Shown piece by piece: positions 27,501 to 39,408 of a stretch of 64,000 bases of DNA. This DNA is from Eledone cirrhosa (lineage: Eukaryota), in assembly GCA_964016885.1 (NCBI GenBank), contig OZ024761.1:11780001-11844000 (forward strand), in the 5' to 3' direction. The number at the start of each line of letters is the position of its first letter. The first letter of the stretch is position 1. The translations under genes were made by a program, and so were the position numbers. Below the pieces are notes generated by a model that saw only the letters and a list, made by a program, of their open reading frames with translations, did not search any database and had not been told where the DNA came from.

Positions 27501-30500
27501 GCCAGTGAAAACAATAATATATATAAAGTAATGTAAATGCTAAATGGTTAACTCATTTTTTTCCTTGTGGTCATATATGATTATTTCCCCTAGTATTAGA
27601 CACTAACTCCCTGTTGTTTTAACACTACCTCCTTGAACCAGTAAGGGTCACACCTTAGTATTTGACACTAACTCCCTGTTGTTTTAACACTACCTTGAAC
27701 CAGTAAGGGTCACACCTTAGTATTAGACACTAACTCCCTGTTGTTTTAACACTACCTCCTTGATCCCTGTCAACCGGAATAAATTATCTTTTAAAAAATG
27801 TATGTCCTGATTAGGTACAGAAACAATTCCCATCACTATCTGAAACGCAATATAGGCCCTCATTTCCAAAGCAGTTGTGCTTTACCATTTCTGATCGGGG
27901 CCTTTTGTTTCAGCGTATTTATTTGTTTCGATCACCAGCAAACTGAACAAATCCTTATTGAATATTTGAAAGAAAAAAATTTAGTTCTTTCTTATCATCA
28001 TCATCATACGTCCGCTTTTCCCTGCTTGCAAGGGTGGGACGGGTCTTATTCAGCACAGCATCTCTCCACTTGTCACGGTCCTTCGTCATCTCCACCGTGA
28101 GCTTCAGCGATCTGAGGTCTGCTCTCACCACCTCCGCCCATGTTTTTCGTGGTCTACCTCTACCACGTCTTCCTTCAACTGGCATTTCCTGGCACTTCTT
28201 CACCCATCGGTCATCCTCCATGCACATCACATGTCCATACCATCTCAGTCTCCTCTCTCGCACACTACATTCTATCCTTCTCAGACACACTTTCTCTCTC
28301 AACACATTTATGGTGGGTCGTTCACGTACATTGACATTGCACATCCAATGGAGCATGCTTGCCTCATTTCTCTCCAGCCGTTGCATATCCTCTGCAGTTG
28401 CTGCCCAAGTCCCACTACCATGCAGCATCGCGCTCCTCACACAGGCATCATACAACCGGCCTTTCGTACGCGGGGAGAAACCCTTTTTCGTCAACAGAGG
28501 AAGCAGCTCCCTAAACTTCTTCCAACCTGTCCTTATTCTAGATACTATGGCCTCGGAACACTATGCTAATCTGATCTCCTAGGTACCAGAGGCTATCCAC
28601 CACTTCTATAGCACCCACCTGCATTTGAAAAATGTGTCTATCAATGCGACTTCTACTGTCTAATTTCCCTGTACATCTACTGCATACGTATTTCTCCCTG
28701 TTAGTTTGCCTGCTATCCCACTACATCTCTTGTGTAGCATCTAAAATATTTACTGGTCTAAGATTTCCTCTGAATGTATCAGTATCGGCTTCAGAAGATC
28801 AATCACTCTATTCCAATATGTGTTCGCTGACATCTTCACTTCAATTCATCGATATATCATTATCAGATTCTGATATTAAATCAATGTCTGATTAATTCTG
28901 TTCTTCATCAATAAAAGAATCGTATTTCTTTTGTGCTTTAACTAAATCAGTTTCAGTAAAACCTTTGAAAAAAAATTAATTTTCATTTCTTGACACCATT
29001 GTTGATATCAATTATCATTATTGAAACTCTGTCTCGGGGCGGTGGATTGGCAGTATCGGTAGAGGGTCGGACGCCATGCTTTGACACATAGAGTTACGGC
29101 CCTTGCCATTCTGAGTTCAAATCCCGTCAAGGTTAACTTTGCCTTTCATCCTTACGGGGGTCGATAAAATAAAGTACCAGTAATACACTGGGGTAATAGT
29201 TGGCCTTGTGCCAAAAGTAGAAACAATTATTAAAGCTCTCTCTCTCTCACTCAAAACGGGAGCGATTAATTTCAACATGCCCTTATACTCAAAAATTATT
29301 TATAAAACACTCTTTGATTGGCTTAAACTAATAATAGTTTCCTAATTCATCTAATCACTGAGTATTTGCACGAGCACGGTGTTCCGTTGATCAGATCACC
29401 TGGAACACTCGTCGTAACTGATGGAGTGCCTCCATCCAGTTTAAAATAGGTATACCTGTATCACTGTGTGTTGTAAGATGTGACTAAAATAATTGGTGCC
29501 AGGGAAAGCATCTGGCTGTAAAATATTGCCTTAAAATAATCCCACCATATGTATGAAGCTTATCACGGCACCCGTAATGCTAACCCTTTTTTATCAGTGA
29601 CAGTGAAATACTTGTATTTCCTTATATGGGTTTATTGTATCTTGGCCATATTTTATCTACACCCAGACAATATCAATTTCTCATGATTACGGAGCTTTTG
29701 TATAACTTCTTGCTTACTTCTCCAGCAATGTCCTGTAAATCGTAACCATTTTTGAGCAATTGTAGCAAGTTAACGTATAAACTTTTGTTTTTAATATCTT
29801 GATGACAGTTTATGTTTTGTACAACCCTAAGTACTTTAGTGAATGCACCATCTAGTTTCTGAAAATAATAGGCAGTGTTTTTTATTAAAAGGTGCATACT
29901 TGGTGTTTAAAGCATTGGATTTGCAATTGGGAGGTTGTGAGTTCAATCCTTGGACCGGGTGATGTGTTGTGTCCTTGGGCAAGACACTTTATTTCACGTT
30001 GAAATGAGTTGCGACGTCACTGGTGCCAAGTTGTATCAACCATTGCTTCTCCCTTGGACAACATCATATATAGTGTACTAAGTGTGTATATGATGTCATC
30101 ATCATCATCATCATCATCATCATCACCGTTTTACGTCCGTTCTTCCACGCTATATATAGTGTACGTATTGGTTGCGATGTACTGGTGCTAAGCTGTATCA
30201 ACCATTACCTTTCTCTTGGACAACATGAGTGGCGTGGACGTTTATGTAGGTATGGCGAGCCACATATATTCTAGCCATTAGAAAAAGCAAAATAAATGCT
30301 TTCACTTTTGAAAGAGGGATGGCTCAAAAAGAAGTGTTTCTTAGAAATATCTTAATAAAAGGGTTAGAAGCTTCTTGTTGTATTCCATTGAAAATAACTT
30401 CACTTTATCAACTGATAGTTTCACATGATACCAATGCTGTGCTCATTTTAGATTTTTTTTATTTTCCTTTATTTCCAGAAATTGCAGTATATGGCTTCTC

Positions 30501-33500
30501 TTGATTTAGTTACTCCTGAAACATTAAAAGGTTGGTTTTAAATTTTTTTGTAAAATGTTGTCTTAATTATGTCAAATAATTAAGCACCTCTACACATTCC
30601 TTATGTATTTCTAATGGCACCCCTCCTCCCTAACTAGTTTATGTATAATATAAAAACTGGGAAGACAAAACAAAGTTGTGATAACTTATAAATACATAGA
30701 AAATCCTTCAATGTAATTGAGCTGACCATTTTAATTAATCTGTCCGTTAATATTTTCACTGCTAAAAAAAGATTAACGAGTGAAAGAAAATCTTAAAACT
30801 GCAAATCTCTGGAAGTCAATTATTACTTTCCGAAATTTATATTGATATTTAATATTTCTGACGTAAATGTGTGTAAAATAAGCAATGGCTATCTTCAGAA
30901 TTGACACTTTTATTTAAAGTAGTAAGAAATAATTTATTTCAACATCAACACATATGTATATTATCAATTTTGCATCAAGTTTGTTAGAAATTATTTGTTC
31001 ATCTTTTTCTCTCTCGATCATTTAATATTGAATGTTAATTGCTTACATTTAAAACAACCCAACAACCTTTTTTCTAGGCAAAATGGAAGAAAAATACAAT
31101 AATGAAATCTGTAGGAAACGTGCAATGGAGAGACTAATGATAGACGGGACCCTTAGAGACCCTTGGCACAAAGGAATGATGGGAGGTGGACGAGGTTAGT
31201 GGAAAGAAATAGTACTATTGTCGAACTTGTGAACTCTTAGTGTAGTGGTCGAGGTGTGCCAGGCTTAATAATTTATTTGACAGTCAATTAATTAATTAGT
31301 TCTACCTATATCTATCTATCTATCTATATCTCTCTAACATGAAACAGCTTGATGCAAAATAGCAAGAAAGATTTCATTCAATTTCTAATAGTTTAACAAT
31401 TAAAAATATTTCAGACTGCCTTTCCTATATACATATATATATATTTATTTATATTTATATTTATATATATATTTATTGTCATTTTACTTTGTTTTTCTTT
31501 TGTTTTATTTATTACTATTATTATTAATTTTTGCTATTATCTAATCCAAAAACTATTTTGAAAAATAAATTTTAGAATAAATACACAACTATTATTAATA
31601 TATCTCTCTCAAGATTTGATCTCTGCCGATAAATTATTGAACATTATTTTCTTAAGTTCACATTTGATTTAAACTATTTTTTGCCACAATTCAATTTAAT
31701 GTTAAAGTGTTGATAGTTGTTAGTCTATTTTACTGTTGTTGTTGTTTGCAAAGAACTCAATATTTGTATTTCAATGTCTTTCACAGAGTTACAAAGCAAA
31801 AGGTCTGAGAGAAAGAGGCGAAGTACTGCCAATCCACAATTTAGCTATAGCTTAGAAAGTGATGTAAGTAAACTTCAGTATATTTGTTGTATAGTGATGG
31901 TGTTGTCGATGTTGTGGTGGTGTTGTTATTGTGGTAGTGGTGGTGTGGGTGCTGGTATTGTGGTAGTGGTGGTGTTGTTTTCTGTAGACACAGTAGTTGG
32001 TGGATAGTAAGAATTCCACAGTACTGAATCTTGGCTGTTGTCTAATAAGACAATGTATTGGACGACCCTTAAAGATGGTTGTTGATCTATAAAGTACCAG
32101 ATTTAATTTTTCTGGTACCAGGCCACCTGAAACCACACTTGGTCCTACAATACCAAGCTGTTTAGTTTAACCATTCTGGTACCAGGCCACCTGAAACCAC
32201 CCTTGGTCCCACAAAACCAAGCTGTTTATCTTAAAGTATTTTATATGTGTCTCAAAACCTTCCGTCATAATTTTATCTAAATACCTATTGTAAGTTATAT
32301 TTCAAATACCAGCTTAGGAATTAGAAAGTTAGTTGTATAACTAAATTCTTCCAAATTCTTGATTATTTTCAAAATGATTTCAAAATTATAGTTAGTGTCT
32401 TTTATTGGAAAAATATGAAACTGAAAGGTTTAAGGTGTTTAAATTTATCTAAAAAAAAACAACCTTTCATCATAGTTTTATGTAAACATTTTTATTAATT
32501 TAAGTTCCAAACACTAGCTTAATGTAAAAGTTAGTTTTATTACTAAATCCCTCCAAATTTTTCATAAATTTCGAAGTAATTTGAAAATGATAGATGTTGT
32601 CTTTCAATAGAAATATGTTAATGAAAGGGTTAACCCTGTAGCATTTACATTACTCTAATATATACTATTGTATTTTTGTGGTAAAGACTTTATCTTGTAT
32701 AATTATCTCACATAATATTGAATCTATGAGATTTTGATGTTATTTATTTTGAGAACAATGCCTTAACGTCAGTATGAGTGACCAGTTATGGCCGGTTTGA
32801 ACAGAAAGAGATGAGAGAATTCTGGCGGGATATGGCCAGTTTAAATGTTAAAGGGTTAAAGATGGTTGTTGATTTGATTATAGGCTATATATTTTTCTTG
32901 TGTTTCATGTCTTTACTACCATATTTGGTCATTGGATACATTTTAAATACCTTTATTTTATTTTATTCTCTCCACGTAGAGAAAACGAATGAACTATTTA
33001 GTTGGATCAAACATTACGACTGGAACAAAACGACCTCGAGGTATGGTGATTTTATTGTTTTTGTTGTTAATGCTGTAGAGTGGTTGTTGTTGTTGTAGCT
33101 CAGACCGATGTAAGGTTTAGCTGAGACTCCTATGAGGTTGCATCACAATAGTTTGTTGGGTGTTTTAAATAATAGCTGCCCCACTTCTATCATCTTTTCT
33201 ATTTGACTTGCAAGAGTGATCGAGTGGCAGAATCAACCCTTTACCATTTCCATTACTCTATATACACTTTCATATTTTCATGGTAAAGGCTCTACCTCAC
33301 ATAATATCGGGCCTATGAGATTTTGATATTATTTATTTTGAGAACAATACCATAACATCAGTATGGCCAGCTATGACCGGTTTAAATGGTAAAGAGTTAA
33401 TGTCATATTAAATACTTTGCAGTATTTAGTTACATTCTGAGTACAAATCCTGCTGATGTTAACTTTGCTTTTCATCTTTCCGAGGCCACTAAAATAAAGT

Positions 33501-36500
33501 ACCAGTGACGTACTGGGGTTGATATGGTTGACACCCCCCCCCCCCCCCCTCTTCCAAATTGCTGGTCTTGTGCTAATATTAGAAATGATTATTTTTGATT
33601 TGGTAAAGTTGAAAAAAACAAAACGGTAATCTGTTAACTGCTTTAAATATTTACAGGTCGCCCACCGAAACATGGCACATCTCCAACCAACAGTCGTCCA
33701 GGAACTCCTGATAGTTCTGACAGTAATGCTAGTATCAAAAATGGTATTGTGAATGGCTCAACCGACGTAAGTATTCTCTTATCTTCTAACCCTAACTTAC
33801 TTTAGATCACATCTACCTACTGTTTATTTTCTATCATTGTTGTTGGACCTCCGTCACTTTCGATGACTCCTGTCCCAGTTATGCTACAAATACTAGTTAA
33901 CCCTTAAGCATTTACATTTCTCTCTATATATACTATTGTATTTTCACAGTAAAGACTTTGTTACACTAGCAGTGGTACCCGGCGTTGCACAGGATACGGT
34001 ATTTTGGAACGCGGGCCACCGACTAAACCACTAATCGTGGAAAAACTACATGCCTGGACAATATCTAAAGAAAATAAACCGAATACTCTGATGACTGGAT
34101 AATCTTTAAGATTTTCCTCGATGGAGCAGAAATAATGCAGGTTTTCACCTAATGCGGGCCCTAGGGGATCAAGAAAATGAATTTTTTTATGTGCATAATA
34201 TGCCTTTAAATTTCGGGAAAATCAGCTAGACGTAACACCTCAAAAAAGCCTTAAAAAGCTGAAAAAATGAAGTCTTTCACCTAATGCGGGCCCTAGTCCA
34301 TAAAAAAGTTGGATTTTCTTTGCTCACGGTATGAAGAAGAGACTGACTAATACATAGTTACAATTTCAAGGAAATCGGTCTGGCGTAACGCCTCAAGACA
34401 CCCCTAAAAATCTGAAAAAACGCAGTTTTTCACCTAATACAGGCCCTAGGGGATAAAAAAGTTAAATTTGTTCATGTGCGTAACACTCCCTGAAACAAGT
34501 AATACACATGTAAAGTTTGAAAAAAATCGGTTGGGTACTTCTCGAGTTTTAGGGATTCAAACTCACAGACACACAGATAGACAGACATCCTCAGTTTTAT
34601 ATATATATAGATAATTATCTCACATAATATCGAATGTATGAGATTTTGATGTTATTTATTTTGAGAACAATACCTTAACATCAGTATGAGTGGCTGGTTA
34701 CAGCTGATTTGAACAGAAAGAGGTGAGAGAATTCTGGCTGGATATGGCCGATTTAAATGCTAAAGGGTTAAATAATGAGGAAATTAGTAATATCACTAAT
34801 TCCCAGCAAATAATTAAAATTTTCTAAATTAGAATTATGGTAATTAAAGGATAAATATTGAACTGTGAAGGCGTGTGGCTGAGTTGTTAGAGAATTGGAT
34901 TCACAATCGTGAGGTTGTGATTTCGATTCCCTGACCGAGCGATGCGTTATGTCCTTGAGCAAGACACTTTATTTCACGCTGCTTCTTCTGCCTGGATTTG
35001 TGACCAGTAGATAGTATTAGCAATTCAAAAGACCAATGGAAACATTGTTTCCTCGGTCCAATTTGGTCTGGGATCTTGTCAATAGACTTGATATATTGAA
35101 CTGAAAATAAAAATTTACACTAAAACTAACATTGTTTTTGATTTTTGAAACCCCAAAATGTATCAATGTTTTTCTCTTATTGAAATATTCTTGATTCTTG
35201 TTTTTTTTTAACCACAGGACATACATGATGGTCTTTGCTTTGTCTGCCAAAAAGCTGGCCGATTATTGATCTGTGATGGCTGTGGTATGGCATATCACCC
35301 TACATGTCTAGAACCTCCAGTTGCTACTTTTCCTAATGGTCCTTGGAGGTGTTACAAATGTCAGGTATATTGAGCTTTAACATTTCATTTTTTATATATA
35401 TTATTGGCATCTGTCAGTCTCGACAGGCTATGGTTCCATGCCAGAAGAATTTATGTCAGCTGCTGATGTCTGTGCAGTATCTGCTGTGGCTGTACAGACC
35501 CACACAGGAGTGGCAGTCCTGTTTACAGCTACATTGGTAGATACTCTCCTCTGGTACTACTCTAGCTGTACAGACCCACACAGGAGTGGCAGTCCTGTCT
35601 ACAGAGACTACATTGGTAGATACTCTCCTCTGGTACTACTGGGGCTGTACAGACCCACACAGGAATGGCAGTCCTGTCTACAGAGACTACATTGGTAGAT
35701 ACTCTCCTCTGGTACTACTGTGGCTGTACAGATCCACACAGGAGTGGCAGCCCTGTATACAGAGACTACATTGGTAGATACTCTCCTCTGGTACTACTGG
35801 GGCTCTACAGACCCACATAGGAGTGGCAGTCCTGTATACAGAGACTACATTGGTAGATACTCTCCTCTGGTACTACTGGGGCTCTACAGACCCACATAGG
35901 AGTGGCAGTCCTGTATACAGAGACTACATTGGTAGATACTCTCCTCTGGTACTACTGGGGCTGTACAGACCCACACAGGAATGGCAGTCTTGTCTACAGA
36001 GACTACATTGGTAGATACTCTCCTCTGGTACTACTGGGGCTGTACAGATCCACACAGGAATGGCAGTCTTGTCTACAGAGACTACATTGGTAGATACTCT
36101 CCTCTGGTACTACTGGGGCTGTACAGATCCACACAGGAATGGCAGTCTTGTCTACAGAGACTACATTGGTAGATACTCTCCTCTGGTACTACTGGGGCTG
36201 TACAGATCCACACAGGAATGGCAGTCTTGTCTACAGAGACTACATTGGTAGATACTCTCCTCTGGTACTACTGGGGCTGTACAGACCCACACAGGAATGG
36301 CAGTCTTGTCTACAGAGACTACATTGGTAGATACTCTCCTCTGGTACTACTGGGGCTGTACAGATCCACACAGGAATGGCAGTCTTGTCTACAGAGACTA
36401 CATTGGTAGATACTCTCCTCTGGTACTACTGGGGCTGTACAGATCCACACAGGAATGGCAGTCTTGTCTACAGAGACTACATTGGTAGATACTCTCCTCT

Positions 36501-39373
36501 GGTACTACTGGGGCTGTACAGATCCACACAGGAATGGCAGTCTTGTCTACAGAGACTACATTGGTAGATACTCTCCTCTGGTACTACTGGGGCTGTACAG
36601 ATCCACACAGGAATGGCAGTCTTGTCTACAGAGACTACATTGGTAGATACTCTCCTCTGGTACTACTGGGGCTGTACAGACCCACACAGGAATGGCAGTC
36701 TTGTCTACAGAGACTACATTGGTAGATACTCTCCTCTGGTACTACTGTGGCTGTACAGATCCACACAGGAGTGGCAGTCCTGTCTACAGAGACTACATTG
36801 GTAGATACTCTCCTCTGGTACTACTGGGGCTGTACAGACCCACACAGGAATGGCAGTCTTGTCTACAGAGACTACATTGGTAGATACTCTCCTCTGGTAC
36901 TACTGGGGCTGTACAGACCCACACAGGAGTGGCAGCCCTGTATACAGAGACTACATTGGTAGATACTCTCCTCTAGTACTACTGTAGCTGTACAGACCCA
37001 CACAGGAATGGCAGTCCTGTCTACAGAGACTACATTGGTAGATACTCTCCTCTGGTACTACTGTGGCTGTACAGGCCTTCACTGGAGTGGCAGTCCTGTC
37101 TACAGAGACTACATTGGTAGATACTCTCCTCTGGTACTACTGTAGCTGTACAGGCCCACACAGGAGTGGCAGTCTTGTCTACAGAGACTACATTGGTACA
37201 TACTCTCCTCTGGTACTACTGGGGCTGTACAGGCCCACACAGGAATGGCAGTCCTGTCTACAGAGACTACATTGGTAGATACTCTCCTCTGGTACTACTG
37301 TGGCTGTACAGGCCCACGCAGGAGTGGCAGTCCTGTCTACAGAGACTACATTGGTAGATACTCTCCTCTGGTACTACTGTGGCTGTACAGGCCCACACAG
37401 GAATGGCAGTCCTGTCTACAGAGACTACATTGGTAGATACTCTCCTCTGGTACTACTGGGGCTGTACAGACCCACATAGGAGTGGCAGTCCTGTCTACAG
37501 AGACTACATTGGTAGATACTCTCCTCTGGTACTACTGTAGCTGTACAGACCCACACAGGAGTGGCAGTCCTGTCTACAGAGACTACATTGGTAGATACTC
37601 TCCTCTGGTACTACTGTGGCTGTACAGACCCACACAGGAGTGGCAGTCCTGTCTACAGAGACTACATTGGTAGATACTCTCCTCTGGTACTACTGGGGCT
37701 GTACAGACCCACACAGGAGTGGCAGTCCTGTCTACAGAGACTACATTGGTAGATACTCTCCTCTGGTACTACTGTAGCTGTACAGACCCACACAGGAATG
37801 GCAGTCCTGTCTACAGAGACTACATTGGTAGATACTCTCCTCTGGTACTACTGGGGCTGTACAGACCCACACAGGAGTGGCAGTCCTGTCTACAGAGACT
37901 ACATTGGTAGATACTCTCCTCTGGTACTACTGGGGCTGTACAGACCCACACAGGAGTGGCAGTCCTGTCTACAGAGACTACATTGGTAGATACTCTCCTC
38001 TGGTACTACTGTAGCTGTACAGACCCACACAGGAGTTGCAGCCCTGTCTACAGAGACTACATTGGTAGATACTCTCCTCTGGTACTACTGTGGCTGTACA
38101 GACCCACACAGGAGTGGCAGTCCTGTCTACAGAGACTACATTGGTAGATACTCTCCTCTGGTACTACTGGGGCTGTACAGACCCACACAGGAATGGCAGT
38201 CCTGTCTACAGAGACTACATTGGTAGATACTCTCCTCTGGTACTACTGTAGCTGTACAGACCCACACAGGAGTGGCAGTCCTGTCTACAGAGACTACATT
38301 GGTAGATACTCTCCTCTGGTACTACTGGGGCTGTACAGACCCACACAGGAGTGGCAGACCTGTCTACAGAGACTACATTGGTAGATACTCTCCTCTGGTA
38401 CTACTGGGGCTGTACAGGCCCACACAGGAATGGCAGTCCTGTCTACAGAGACTACATTGGTAGATACTCTCCTCTGGTACTACTGGGGCTGTACAGACCC
38501 ACACAGGAGTGGCAGTCCTGTCTACAGAGACTACATTGGTAGATACTCTCCTCTGGTACTACTGGGGCTGTACAGACCCACACAGGAGTGGCAGTCCTGT
38601 CTACAGAGACTACATTGGTAGATACTCTCCTCTGGTACTACTGTAGCTGTACAGACCCACACAGGAATGGCAGTCCTGTCTACAGAGACTACATTGGTAG
38701 ATACTCTCCTCTGGTACTACTGTAGCTGTACAGACCCACACAGGAATGGCAGTCCTGTCTACAGAGACTACATTGGTAGATACTCTCCTCTGGTACTACT
38801 GTGGCTGTACAGACCCACACAGGAGTGGCAGTCCTGTATACAGAGACTACATTGGTAGATACTCTCCTCTGGTACTACTGGGGCTGTACAGACCCACACA
38901 GGAATGGCAGACCTGTCTACAGAGACTACATTGGTAGATAATCTCCTCTGGTACTACTGTGGCTGTACAGACCCACACAGGAGTGGCAGTCCTGTATACA
39001 GAGACTACATTGGTAGATACTCTCCTCTGGTACTACTGGGGCTGTACAGACCCACACAGGAATGGCAGTCCTGTATACAGAGACTACATTGGTAGATGCT
39101 CTCCTCCGGTGCAACTGTGTTGTTCTTTTTTCGAGCACTCTTTTCCTTGGTTGTAGTTATTTATATATATATATGAGAGAGAGAATAAGGAAATACAAAG
39201 TTTAGATGATAAAGTCCTTTATTGATAAGGCTATGATACATATTTCGAGGATGACATTGGTTATGCAATACAGTGTAGAAGCTAGCGCCATGCTCTCTTC
39301 AGACAGCGTCATAGATAATAAAGTTACAATCAAGGAGGTAATCCAAAATTGAAGTGACAAGGGAACGTTCCCT

Positions 39374-39408
<35 letters not shown>

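Noticed and set aside
27955-28494. Functional reverse transcriptase gene
   Set aside because: 5'-truncated RTE fragment lacking the catalytic core and endonuclease, with stops upstream.
35438-39156. Dozens of 63-aa ORFs, a possible poly-zinc-finger gene or a CRISPR-like array
   Set aside because: A 79-bp tandem repeat with no unique spacers. The frame shifts every unit, the context is eukaryotic and there are no cas genes.
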